Below, piece after piece: positions 48,401 through 57,539 of a stretch of 64,000 nucleotides of DNA (its first letter is position 1; each line of letters opens with the position of its first letter). The notes under the pieces were generated by a model, which had not been told where the DNA came from, made no database searches, and was given only the letters and a program-made list of their open reading frames with translations. The stretch lies in IMG/VR virus record IMGVR_UViG_3300023112_000009, positions 1 through 64,000 of that record. One strand, 5' to 3'. The DNA comes from a virus. Position numbers and translations under genes: made by a program.

Positions 48401-48993
48401 GGTGCATGTTGATATTTATATACTCTGTCAACCCAGTTCAAAAAATCTTGTTTTGTTTTGGTATACTTACCATAATTGCAGTCCATACAACTTGAAACGC
48501 AATTATCAGAAGTGTAGCCCTTTTGAGAGTCTTCTCTATCAATACTACTAACGTTCACGGCTGCTCTTTCGTGTCTATCTCTTGAAGCCTGTGATTGAAC
48601 TTTTTTAAATCTAGCCCTATTATATATGTTAATAGTGTGTGATGGCTGTAATCCGCAGTACGTGCAGCATTGCCCGATAAGTTTTTTAAACTCCTCTTCA
48701 CTAAGACCCCATTCTAAGTTGGTTTTATGTGCTCGATACTTATAATCCTTAAGATATTTGTTAATAGTTAACTCTTGTGGATTGTCACAGACTTTAGTCT
48801 TATGTAACGGTCTTTGACAACCGCAAGAAGGAACTGCTTGTCGTTTAATGCTTCTTGTTGTTATTGTTATCTCTTTACCACACTGACAGGCAGCCAACCA
48901 CGTTATACCCTTGTTGTTGTCGGAAAAAATACGTTTAATAATTTTTAAAGCACCAATTTGATGATCCGTGTAATCTGTGTGTTGACTTTTCAT
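48397..48993 (-). mobile_element. HNH-type endonuclease inserted between map and def
   Basis: CQCG..SCGC N-terminal module; CTYC..IDREDSQKGY..NCVSSCMDCN; AT-rich. ATG 48993 follows TATTAT-N6. Confidence 0.75.
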
Positions 48994-49033
48994 GGTAACA
49001 TAATACACAAATTAGCCGTTCTGCTTGTGGCAA

Positions 49034-49840
49034 TTATGTGAAAAGTTCATATCCATGTTCATGCACAAGTATACAGCGTTCTGAGTGAGCCACTAAATTA
49101 TGCTCCGTTTGCTTGATGGTCCATCCATCTTCACTAAGTGCCATGTTAGCACTACCAGTCGTCACAACGGGCTCTATACAAATAGTGTCGCCAGTTTTCA
49201 ATAACTGTCTATCAAATCGTTTCTCTTCGATGGCCTGTTTGATTTTACTATGACCCCTATTGAGGGCACTTGGAATAAAAGGAGGTAGATGTACCTTGTT
49301 GCCAATTTTATGTCCACCCCAACAATCAATGATATTGACCCCATGCTCAGCAGCAGCGGCCTCAGCAGCAAGAACCATCTGTAAAAAAGTACACTCATTC
49401 TTCACAACTGATAGCTGGGCCTCTAGGATTGCCTCCGTGGCCTCAATAAGATCAGTTGCTTCATAAAATCGCTTCTTTTGTATGCCGTTCATGACTCCTG
49501 GCACGATACGAGTTCGTGCAGCATCCACATGCCACCCGTTGTATTCGGTACCTACGTCAATCGTGAGAAGATCTCCTGGCTCTAAAACATAATCACCAGG
49601 AATACCATGCACGACCACGCTATTAGGACTAATACACGCAGTCGCCGGAAAAGGTGACGGATATCCGTCAGGCTGATAATCTTTAAAGGAAGGCGTACAG
49701 CCAGCCTCTCGAATAAAGCTCTCCATTGCGGCATCAATCTCTCGCGTGGTCACTCCAGGCTGGGCAACTTCGAAGCCGCGTTCAATAGCCCCAACGTTCA
49801 CCTTGCCCGCGTATCGCATACTATCTAGTTTGTCGTTCAT
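49034..49840 (-). CDS. map: methionine aminopeptidase type I
   Basis: CISPNSVVVHGIP; TIDVG; DAART; GHKIG..VH; CIEP; AHSE. ATG 49840 preferred. Confidence 0.93.
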   Translation of the reverse strand: MNDKLDSMRYAGKVNVGAIERGFEVAQPGVTTREIDAAMESFIREAGCTPSFKDYQPDGYPSPFPATACISPNSVVVHGIPGDYVLEPGDLLTIDVGTEYNGWHVDAARTRIVPGVMNGIQKKRFYEATDLIEATEAILEAQLSVVKNECTFLQMVLAAEAAAAEHGVNIIDCWGGHKIGNKVHLPPFIPSALNRGHSKIKQAIEEKRFDRQLLKTGDTICIEPVVTTGSANMALSEDGWTIKQTEHNLVAHSERCILVHEHGYELFT

Positions 49841-50435
49841 TCTGTACCCAGTTCTTGACCTTCGTCCAATGTGGCAGTGTAGTTTTGTACGCACGCTTGG
49901 GCGAACGCAAGTGATAATTCGGGTGATAGCTCACCATGACCTTGGCCTCGTGACCACCAACACGGTAGCGAAGCCAGCCGTCTTCGTGATCGGTCAGGTT
50001 CTCAGTGAAGTACTGACTCAGGGCACCCTTCACCTTCTTATTTTGAAGCTGTTGAGTAGCAATCTTTCCCAACAAGATAACTAGTCGTGGCTTAAGGAGA
50101 CTAATCTGTAAGTCTAATCGCCATTTACATGACTCTAGTTCTTCTGCTCTGGGGTTACGTCCATTTGGAGTAGAGCACAAAACAGAGTTTGTCATGTAAA
50201 CTTCATCGCGAGAGACATCGATATACTTGAGAATACTACTTAGTTTATCGTCAATAGGTCCGACAAACGAAGTGTCTGCACTCTCTTCGGGGGCTTCACC
50301 CACAAACATGATTAGTGGTTCGGTAGACCCTTCACCGAAGACAACGTGGCTCCTGGTACGACAGAGGTCGCACGAGCCACAGTTTTCCATCTGCTGACGA
50401 AGCTCGTTAAGAGAGGTGCCCGGTGAATAGGTCAT
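49821..50435 (-). CDS. family 4-like uracil-DNA glycosylase (Fe-S), divergent
   Basis: CGSCDLC; VVFGEG; FVGEAP; YMTNSVLC; R.P..EE...C; LLGKIA; YHP. ATG 50435 preferred. Confidence 0.8.
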   Translation of the reverse strand: MTYSPGTSLNELRQQMENCGSCDLCRTRSHVVFGEGSTEPLIMFVGEAPEESADTSFVGPIDDKLSSILKYIDVSRDEVYMTNSVLCSTPNGRNPRAEELESCKWRLDLQISLLKPRLVILLGKIATQQLQNKKVKGALSQYFTENLTDHEDGWLRYRVGGHEAKVMVSYHPNYHLRSPKRAYKTTLPHWTKVKNWVQNERQTR

Positions 50436-51348
50436 CGTTCCAATTTCCGTTTGCTTTACGTTGTAGAGGAGTAACACTAAAGTCTAGTACGTCTGCCATG
50501 TTGTCAGCACAGGCAACGATCTTGCCCTCAAGCGTGAGCACGTCTGACTGCTTGTTACAGATGTTTTCTAGAGCGTGTCGTTTAGACTCAGAGATTTTGA
50601 TTTCAAGATCGTTTTCACACGTCATCATGAGGTGGTCGATATAACGAACACTCGCACGATAGATACCAGTCATCTTGTGTGCGTCACGAGACCTAAGGTG
50701 ATCGCCTTGAAATAGAGTAGTTGTATGCCACCCGATATTGCGGAGGGCACAACCAGCGACGACCAGCGAGGGGCTGAACGGGATCTCTAGCTCAGTGGCC
50801 TGATTGATTGCAACCTTTGCCAGACGCATGGAGTGTGCAACATGTACTAGCAGCCCGCCCCTATAGGACATTGGGCCAGTGATACCATACGGAGACCCCT
50901 TGAGGGCACTCATGAGTTCGAGACGGTGCAGGGCGTTACACATTACGTCGCGATACACTGGATCAGCAATCGATGTGATCTCGTCTTCAATTTCTAGTGC
51001 GTACGCCGATAGGATGTTATCGTTTGCACCCTTGACATAATCAAATTGGTTCAGTGGTACATCGACTGGTTCTATTTGGTTCGCCTGAGCACTGAACTCT
51101 TCTGCGTTGCGGTAAGTCTTGGGCTCAATCTTGAGCTTGGCATAACCACCTTCTTCTAGCTCGTCTTGGTAGCCCCAAATGTTACCAGTAAGTTCGCCGG
51201 TCACGTCCTTGAGTGTGACCCTGGCAAAAGACTTACCCTGTTTGGTTTTCATCTTCGAATTGTGTACGACGTTGGCGATGAGGAACACTTGGTCATAGAC
51301 CTTGCCGTGTTCTAGGTTACTGATAGAGACATAGGATTCAACGCTCAA
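50407..51348 (-). CDS. YhaM/CBF1-like OB-fold + HD-fold protein with degenerate HD motif
   Basis: TKQGKSFARVTLKDVTG OB fold; YRGGLLVH; AGCALRNIG where AGALLHDIGK is expected; ADNM. TTG 51348 has AGGAG upstream. Confidence 0.75.
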   Translation of the reverse strand: MSVESYVSISNLEHGKVYDQVFLIANVVHNSKMKTKQGKSFARVTLKDVTGELTGNIWGYQDELEEGGYAKLKIEPKTYRNAEEFSAQANQIEPVDVPLNQFDYVKGANDNILSAYALEIEDEITSIADPVYRDVMCNALHRLELMSALKGSPYGITGPMSYRGGLLVHVAHSMRLAKVAINQATELEIPFSPSLVVAGCALRNIGWHTTTLFQGDHLRSRDAHKMTGIYRASVRYIDHLMMTCENDLEIKISESKRHALENICNKQSDVLTLEGKIVACADNMADVLDFSVTPLQRKANGNWNDDLFTGHLS

Positions 51349-51556
51349 ATTTCTTTCTCCTGCCACCCTGGGTGCGGTCTTCTCGTTCTTTGCAAGACGC
51401 ACAAGCGGCTACTTTACGTACGATTACGTATACTTCGTCGGGTAGTTCGTTTTCGTTTCCAGGAAGTAGTGTTACGCGAACAGATCCACTAAAGTATTGT
51501 CCGCTACACTTACGACACTCGATAAGCTCAATTGTTTTAGGCGTTTTCATTGACAA
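51338..51556 (-). CDS. small Zn-ribbon protein
   Basis: CRKC...CASC; basic tail. Confidence 0.55.
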   Translation of the reverse strand: MSMKTPKTIELIECRKCSGQYFSGSVRVTLLPGNENELPDEVYVIVRKVAACASCKEREDRTQGGRRKKFER

Positions 51557-52085
51557 GCCTCATTTCTAGTACGTCGAGTAGTTTGTTGACGCGATTGGCA
51601 ACCGAAACATGTGACGTGCCTGTCTCTTTTGCGATTTGACGGAACGACTTGTTGTTGACGAAGTGTTCGACCAGCAGTTCAACGTGCTTTTGATCAGACA
51701 CAAGATCAAAAATCGTTTTCATGAAGTCTTGTCGTTCTGCCGTAGTATCTTCGTAGCTTTTATTCTCGTCCATTATATCAACGTAATTGTCTACTTGACA
51801 TTGATACGGCTTATTGCGTGTCACTCGTGAGATGTATCTCATAACACGCCCACGAATATAGTGGTAAGCAAACGTCACAAACTTACCCTTACGACTATCG
51901 TATCGCTCACATGCAATCAGTAGACTGATCCAGGCTTCTTGTTGAAGGTCTTCCGTAGTGATGAGTGTATCTCTAACACACAGAGGGAAGAAAGGTTTGA
52001 GAATGCTAAGAATGAGTGCGTCCCACTCGTTCTTGGGGATACAACTTAGGGGGCTATCGTTCGTGTCCATTAATTTGTGATACAA
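51537..52085 (-). CDS. sigma-70 family sigma factor (regions 2 and 4)
   Basis: EDLQQEAWISLL.ACERYDSRKGKFVTFAYHYIRG; KSFRQIAKETGTSHVSV. The start may be ATG 52070. Confidence 0.82.
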   Translation of the reverse strand: MYHKLMDTNDSPLSCIPKNEWDALILSILKPFFPLCVRDTLITTEDLQQEAWISLLIACERYDSRKGKFVTFAYHYIRGRVMRYISRVTRNKPYQCQVDNYVDIMDENKSYEDTTAERQDFMKTIFDLVSDQKHVELLVEHFVNNKSFRQIAKETGTSHVSVANRVNKLLDVLEMRLVNENA

Positions 52086-52440
52086 TAAGTCGAATGTACG
52101 TGTCTTTTTCAGATTGGGTTAGAGCATTCCAATGCACTACTACGTTCTCGTTTCCTCCAATCGGAACCTCTTCACCGCCAGCAGTCATCGTTTTGTGGCG
52201 ATATAGAATACGACCTTCTTCATCCTGTGCAACAAGTGTTACAACATTGAGTCTTGGATCTTCAGAAAGTGACCAAAGAAATCTTAAAAAGTCTTTAAAC
52301 TTAACAACTGATTTCTTTTGTTTGTAATCAGACATAACCATTATGATAATGATTTTTGTCTCATCCGTTAACGTTGGCAATTCTAGCAGGTGCTTGTGAA
52401 CCGCACAAAGTTTTTCCCAGTCTAATTTTATGCTCATCAT
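52054..52440 (-). CDS. hypothetical protein
   Basis: ATG 52440 with GGAGG SD upstream. Confidence 0.55.
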   Translation of the reverse strand: MMSIKLDWEKLCAVHKHLLELPTLTDETKIIIIMVMSDYKQKKSVVKFKDFLRFLWSLSEDPRLNVVTLVAQDEEGRILYRHKTMTAGGEEVPIGGNENVVVHWNALTQSEKDTYIRLIVSQINGHER

Positions 52441-52465
52441 GGGTGACCTCCCTAATAACACTACA

Positions 52466-53722
52466 CTAAGCGTTGGGGGTCACCTCTACCACAGAACCGT
52501 CTTCAATGTATACTCCCATGCGATCTGCGTCGTTTCTAGAGGCGTATTCGATCCAACATTGATAGTCTTCGTCGTCGGCCATTTCCTTAATGATTGCCAT
52601 ACTGTTGTCGTCTAGTAGTGACCCGTCAGCAATACGGATCACGCGGAGCTTGGGGTTCGCGGCCATAGCAATACCCAGCGAGATTCTTAGCTGCTGAGCG
52701 GACGAAGCCTGACAAAAAGGTACTTCATGCCCTTCGTCATTCACGACTACGACACCATCCTCTGTGATGCGAAGGTTTTTCACAGGAAGTGGCGAAGATT
52801 CGAGTGCTTCCGCCTTCTGGATGCCAATAAGCTCCATTTTGTCGTTAAGTTCCTGAATACCTTCGTCAACTTTCGTCAGATCTTTACGTGTTTCATTGTA
52901 CGTAATCACTTCGCGAGCACGCTTGTTTCGCTGTTCAATTCCACCCAGTTCTTTCTTCAAAAACTCAATGTCAGGAACATCGGGAGCGTCCTCTAGTCCT
53001 TTCTTAACTAGCGTCAGTTCTTTGTTGGCTTCTTCCAATTCCTGCTCCAGTCTTTTAACTTTATTTTTTAAGTCATTATCCTGGAGAGTCAATTGATTTG
53101 TTTTCGTCTGAGAAGTAATGGCATCCGTAATAGCCTTAGTTAAATCCTCTACAGAAATTTCTTCCGTAGGATCAGTAGCCAAAGGGGGTGCCATCTGAGT
53201 AACAAGAGCAGTTAGTCTCTTTTTGTCCTTGTTGAGACTACTGCGTGCCTCGAACGCTTCTTTGTGTTGTACGTCATAGTTGGCTAGGTCTAGCTCACCC
53301 TCGGTGATACTGTAGAGCACGTCAGCCAACATTTCACGTTGTTCTTTCTCTTTCTTGCGAGAAAACTCCCATGGATCGAAGCTCAGGTCACCAATCAGAC
53401 CGTCCAGGATTTTCTGTGGAGATTTTAGAGTGCTACCGTCAGGTGTGCGAATTGAGAGCGTCGATCCAGAGGGAGTGAACTTACGGGTTACAATATATTC
53501 CCCTAGATCAAGCTCAACGAACCCCTTGTCTTCACCGGCACGTAGAGGGTTGGGATTGCTTTTCTTAGCCGCTTTGAACTCGAAAACAAGCCAGATAGAA
53601 TCCAGCACGGAGCTTTTTCCAGCACCGTTCGGACCACTAAGCACAATGATATCACCATCAGGGGTAATATCAATAGCACGAACTCGTTTGATGTTCTCGG
53701 AGTGTAGTTGAATAATTCTCAT
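52466..53722 (-). CDS. SMC/Rad50-like ABC ATPase with coiled coil
   Basis: ENIKRV; Walker A GPNGAGKSS; long coiled coil; signature-like SSAQ; IRIADGSLLD. Confidence 0.85.
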   Translation of the reverse strand: MRIIQLHSENIKRVRAIDITPDGDIIVLSGPNGAGKSSVLDSIWLVFEFKAAKKSNPNPLRAGEDKGFVELDLGEYIVTRKFTPSGSTLSIRTPDGSTLKSPQKILDGLIGDLSFDPWEFSRKKEKEQREMLADVLYSITEGELDLANYDVQHKEAFEARSSLNKDKKRLTALVTQMAPPLATDPTEEISVEDLTKAITDAITSQTKTNQLTLQDNDLKNKVKRLEQELEEANKELTLVKKGLEDAPDVPDIEFLKKELGGIEQRNKRAREVITYNETRKDLTKVDEGIQELNDKMELIGIQKAEALESSPLPVKNLRITEDGVVVVNDEGHEVPFCQASSAQQLRISLGIAMAANPKLRVIRIADGSLLDDNSMAIIKEMADDEDYQCWIEYASRNDADRMGVYIEDGSVVEVTPNA

Positions 53723-54312
53723 CGTTTAAAGTGGTAAGTTACTGCGTCGGTCTCGGCGGCAATGCCGCCGGATGCGAGCATTTGTTTCCAGAGCATGTGA
53801 TCGTGGTTGTCGCACGGTTGCCAGCCGTCCGTCTTGTCAAAGACCTCTCGTGTATGGGCCATGCCAACCGTTAAGAAGTCAGTTGAATTTACAGCACCCA
53901 TCTTTTTGACTAGCTTGCTTGATCGTGGGGACTTGTGTTTCATCATAAACGATTGGCCAGCGGTACGAACCATATTCACGCCAGGGTTCTCTTCAATCAA
54001 CTTGGCAAGAGTCTCCAAGTGGTTGGGTAGCCACTCGTCATCGTCATCGATGTACGCAATCCATGACTCAGCCTGACTCATAAGGATGCCAAAGTTTCGT
54101 GCTGGCCCACCGTAACCACCTTGTGGCTCCACCGAACCAACGACAGGTTTAAAACGTGGACCGAGATCGGGTATCGCGTCTCCCGGCATGAAGACCTGTC
54201 CATCACATGAGATCTGCAAGGACCAATCTTCATGAGTTTGTCCTACCACTGACTCAACGGCAGCGACTAGTGAGTCACGACCTGTGGTTGGTAGAATGAT
54301 ATCGAAGTGCAT
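53719..54312 (-). CDS. GT2 glycosyltransferase (isolated from the main cluster)
   Basis: IILPT..R..AVESVVGQT; ARNFG; WIAYIDDDDEWLPNHL. Confidence 0.85.
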   Translation of the reverse strand: MHFDIILPTTGRDSLVAAVESVVGQTHEDWSLQISCDGQVFMPGDAIPDLGPRFKPVVGSVEPQGGYGGPARNFGILMSQAESWIAYIDDDDEWLPNHLETLAKLIEENPGVNMVRTAGQSFMMKHKSPRSSKLVKKMGAVNSTDFLTVGMAHTREVFDKTDGWQPCDNHDHMLWKQMLASGGIAAETDAVTYHFKR

Positions 54313-54372
54313 TTTCTGAAAATTGGAGGAGGTTAGACGTGAGGGATTTCCCTACTCAGTGCCTTCGGTGTT

Positions 54373-54864
54373 TCACTTGAGCGGTCGCCATAGGAAACGG
54401 CTAACAAGAATACGGTACGCTGGCTTCCAACCAAACCCTTTGAAGTTGATCGCCTTACAGTCTCGTACGATAGCGTCCAAGGCTTCTGGCTTAAGCATGG
54501 TGAACATCGGGGTTTCTTCACCCGCTCCGTTCACCATAAGAATGGTGGCCCTACGTGTGCAATAGTTCTTAATCTGGTTGGTTTTTAGATGGAAGTAAGT
54601 CTTGATCAGTGGTTTAGAAAACTTGACCTCGATCTCACCGTAACCTTCAACAGTAAAGTCGGGGTCAGTGTTGACCTTACTGTTTTCTAGGAACTCACCA
54701 TCGTTACCGCACCCCGTATCCGTAAACTTGGGACGTTTGCCAGTGTCTTTTTCTATCAGGTCTAACCACAGGAAAAACAGTGTACGTTCTGACATCGTAT
54801 GGTTTTTGATGTCTTCTTTAAACTCTTCTTCGCTGCGATTGTCAAACCTGTAGTTTCTAGCCAT
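54373..54864 (-). CDS. PD-(D/E)XK restriction-like nuclease domain protein
   Basis: TDPDFTV..EIEVK. Confidence 0.55.
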   Translation of the reverse strand: MARNYRFDNRSEEEFKEDIKNHTMSERTLFFLWLDLIEKDTGKRPKFTDTGCGNDGEFLENSKVNTDPDFTVEGYGEIEVKFSKPLIKTYFHLKTNQIKNYCTRRATILMVNGAGEETPMFTMLKPEALDAIVRDCKAINFKGFGWKPAYRILVSRFLWRPLK

Positions 54865-54868
54865 ACTT

Positions 54869-55069
54869 TCATACCGTAAAACCCTGACGCTTTAGGTCGC
54901 GAGCAGCCATAATAAAAGCACGTTCACGCGAATATGCCTTCTTGCGGTCTTGGTGAATCCACTTCCACTGGAAGGCACCAGAGTCCTTGAGTGCTGGGAC
55001 GGCAACCCATCCAGCACGCTGTAGAACACGACGCTGTTCGTCGCGATGTTGTTTGTTGTTATCCATCAT
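54869..55069 (-). CDS. hypothetical protein
   Basis: 66 aa; ATGA coupling. Confidence 0.5.
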   Translation of the reverse strand: MMDNNKQHRDEQRRVLQRAGWVAVPALKDSGAFQWKWIHQDRKKAYSRERAFIMAARDLKRQGFTV

Positions 55070-55671
55070 CCTTTCATCAACGCTTCGGCAAACGCCGGGT
55101 CCGAGAACACACTACGGAAGCGATACAAGATACGAAAGCTAGCAACCGCATCAAACAGAGCGGCGTGGAACTTGTTCTTGCCAAAATCAGACATGTCAAT
55201 GTTCAAAGCCTTAACAGATTGAGTCAAGGTAGCACCAGACTTTACATTATCGTGCCCAGTAAACAGACGCATCACAGGCAGGGAGTCAAGGGCACGATAG
55301 GTGAAGTTACGTTCGAAGTTTTGCTTAGAGCAGCCAAAGATATCCTTAGAGATAATCGGCCTATCGTAGCTCGCTTCGTTGTGTCCACCCAGCATGGCGG
55401 CTCCAGTATTAAACCATAGATCAGTGAACTTCTCACAGATCTCTTCGGTTGAAATACCTTGGTTGAAAGCCTCTTGCGGAGTGATGCCATGTACTTCAAT
55501 AGCCTTAGGCGTGTACACATAGTCATCCACAGATGGTTTTCGGTGAAAGGCTTCAAATTGATCAATGATCTCGCCAGTGTCAAGGTCACCAACCAAAGCA
55601 CCCACCGAGAAGACTGAATGCTTCTCGGTGTCTAGGCCCCCAGTTTCGGTATCGTAAATGAGACAACGCAT
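55066..55671 (-). CDS. DEDDh 3'-5' exonuclease (DnaQ/epsilon-like)
   Basis: YDTETGGL; AIEVHGI; GHN..YD; HAALFDA. Confidence 0.88.
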   Translation of the reverse strand: MRCLIYDTETGGLDTEKHSVFSVGALVGDLDTGEIIDQFEAFHRKPSVDDYVYTPKAIEVHGITPQEAFNQGISTEEICEKFTDLWFNTGAAMLGGHNEASYDRPIISKDIFGCSKQNFERNFTYRALDSLPVMRLFTGHDNVKSGATLTQSVKALNIDMSDFGKNKFHAALFDAVASFRILYRFRSVFSDPAFAEALMKG

Positions 55672-55683
55672 TATTTATTTCTC

Positions 55684-56118
55684 CTAGACACTAGTACTCG
55701 CATTAGCGATCACCCCGTGGACGGTTTGAGTTAGACGGTCAACCATATCGGTTGCAAGGGGACGAGTACGAACCTCAATGCCAGCGAACTCGCCAACTTC
55801 ACTCAGGAATTCGTCCGATTCGTCAACGGTGGGCTTAAAGGACTCGCGGAACGCCTTCATGAAGTCACGAGAGCCAAGACTAGTGTCAAAGCTAAACGTT
55901 AGACTGCCAGCGTTGCCGTCAACAGCGGCACCGAGACGACCATTGATGATCGCACGAGCAGTTGCACGGCAGAAGTGGTCTTCGCGGTCTGCGTGGTAGA
56001 AGTTGTTACGGCTTGTGCCGTCGTTCACTAGTGCGAAAGCGACAACTAGAACGTCGCCAACGTTACAAGCACCAACACTTACGCCCGCAAGGGGGCGGTG
56101 AGAAAAGATAGTATCCAT
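55684..56118 (-). CDS. hypothetical protein
   Basis: 144 aa; TAATG coupling; DHFCRATAR..GRL. Confidence 0.55.
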   Translation of the reverse strand: MDTIFSHRPLAGVSVGACNVGDVLVVAFALVNDGTSRNNFYHADREDHFCRATARAIINGRLGAAVDGNAGSLTFSFDTSLGSRDFMKAFRESFKPTVDESDEFLSEVGEFAGIEVRTRPLATDMVDRLTQTVHGVIANASTSV

Positions 56119-56288
56119 TATTTTTCGTCTTCGTTTGTAGGAGGAGTAGGAGGCTGGACTTGACTAATTTCAGTTAGACTAGACCAGAGTTTAATCGTCA
56201 TTTGTGAGGGCACAGAAGCCGTGGAGGTAGCCATGGCCACCATCAATACGCGAGCTTCGTCGCCAGTAAGAGCAAGGTTGTTTTCCAT
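56118..56288 (-). CDS. small hypothetical protein (56 aa, not in ORF track)
   Basis: MENNLALTGDEARVLMVAMATSTASVPSQMTIKLWSSLTEISQVQPPTPPTNEDEK; TAATG overlaps on both sides. Confidence 0.55.
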   Translation of the reverse strand: MENNLALTGDEARVLMVAMATSTASVPSQMTIKLWSSLTEISQVQPPTPPTNEDEK

Positions 56289-56935
56289 TATAGTAGATTC
56301 AGTTTTTGTAGTACGCCACGCATGAATGCTTCCAGGTCTTCCATGGACCCATTGTTATTGTATACGCACTCGAACGTGCGTCCATCGAGAGCAGTCTCGC
56401 TGGAATGTCCATCCTTGAGTCCCGTTTTCCTCTCTAGTCTAATGATGACGCCAGAATGGTCTTCTGTTACTCTCTTTTCGTTGGGAAATCTGCAATCAGA
56501 AATGATAACCACATCTAGGTTACCCCAATCACGGTTGAAGGGTGCGTTAGCCCACACGTTAAAGTCAAACATCGTGCGAAAGATATCTGTCCCCATCACT
56601 TGCAATACATCGCGAATCGTCATCGGGCCAGACCTTAGTGGCATGTACCATGTCTCTCTGTATTTAAAGCGAATGCTCAACGGGAATGTATCCCATAGAA
56701 CATGTGTAGGTGTCTCCTTGTCTTCGTTGGTCCCGTACACAAGATCTCGGTCGAGACCTAGCACAGTAATCGCTGCGTCTTTCAAGACCTCGGCAAAAGC
56801 GGTGATCTTGAAGGTTTTGTTGGCCTCGTACAGCATCTTAGATGCCATCAACGCTGCCGTATCCTTGCCAGTCTGCTTCTTACCGGATAAGACGATAAAA
56901 AGAGGACCGGGTGTTCCTGTGGGGTCTTCCTTCAT
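56288..56935 (-). CDS. deoxynucleoside monophosphate kinase (T4 gp1-like)
   Basis: LSGKKQTGKDT; FAEVLK; RDVLQVMGTDIFR; IISDCRFPNE; HSSE. ATG 56935 follows a consensus promoter; an in-frame ATG also exists at 56998. Confidence 0.88.
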   Translation of the reverse strand: MKEDPTGTPGPLFIVLSGKKQTGKDTAALMASKMLYEANKTFKITAFAEVLKDAAITVLGLDRDLVYGTNEDKETPTHVLWDTFPLSIRFKYRETWYMPLRSGPMTIRDVLQVMGTDIFRTMFDFNVWANAPFNRDWGNLDVVIISDCRFPNEKRVTEDHSGVIIRLERKTGLKDGHSSETALDGRTFECVYNNNGSMEDLEAFMRGVLQKLNLL

Positions 56936-56941
56936 AGTCGT

Positions 56942-56970
56942 ATTATACGCCGGGTTTTCCTCTTTGTCAA
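56942..56970 (-). promoter_or_regulatory. consensus sigma70 promoter TTGACA-N17-TATAAT, leaderless
   Basis: TTGACA-aagaggaaaacccggcg-TATAAT-acgact-ATG. Confidence 0.8.
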
Positions 56971-57052
56971 GCATTCTTTGCTTTAAATAATCATTCATGT
57001 CAGTCTTCTCAAAAATGCTACGAGCGTGGGTATATGCACTAAGGGGTGTTCC

Positions 57053-57538
57053 TTAGTAGCCCTCGAATATTCCTTTGACAATATCCAACCCTGCGTCAAT
57101 ATTGTTTACTACATAATCAAATGTCTCTCTGAGCATGGGATGATTTTTATGTAGAGTATCGTCGTCCTCAACGACAACGACGATGGGTTTGTTTAATTGA
57201 TATGCCCAGGCAATTTCCATAATGGTGCCAGTTGAAACTCGCGTAGCACCCAGGAAGCTGACGAACAAGACCGAACAATTCAGTGCATCAAATTTGTCAC
57301 GAGCCAAGATGCCTCGTGACGTACTCATGGGGTTGTCTGTTAGTCCTTCTTGTTTAGAGAAGTCCATTTCGCCAGCGATCTCCGCGAAGTCTGCGATGTA
57401 TCCCTTGCCCCGTTGGGGCGACATGCCCTTGATACCATGGACCGCAAGGTCTTTTTGTGCATGCTGTCGCCACTCGATACCCTCTGCGTATGAGAGACCG
57501 TCGATGGGGCCAGCAAGATAGACTGTTTTGTGTACCAT
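57053..57538 (-). CDS. nucleoside 2-deoxyribosyltransferase / DNPH1-like nucleotide hydrolase
   Basis: VYLAGPI; RD..LNCSVL; STGTIMEIAWA..KPIVV. Confidence 0.8.
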   Translation of the reverse strand: MVHKTVYLAGPIDGLSYAEGIEWRQHAQKDLAVHGIKGMSPQRGKGYIADFAEIAGEMDFSKQEGLTDNPMSTSRGILARDKFDALNCSVLFVSFLGATRVSTGTIMEIAWAYQLNKPIVVVVEDDDTLHKNHPMLRETFDYVVNNIDAGLDIVKGIFEGY

Positions 57539-57539
57539 A

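Noticed and set aside
54313-54380. Glycine-riboswitch-like string TGAAACACCGAAG on the - strand upstream of the orphan GT2
   Set aside because: It lacks the upstream GGAGA and pairing strands and the CTCTCAGG-type 3' element; only a small GGGAAATCCC hairpin is supportable.
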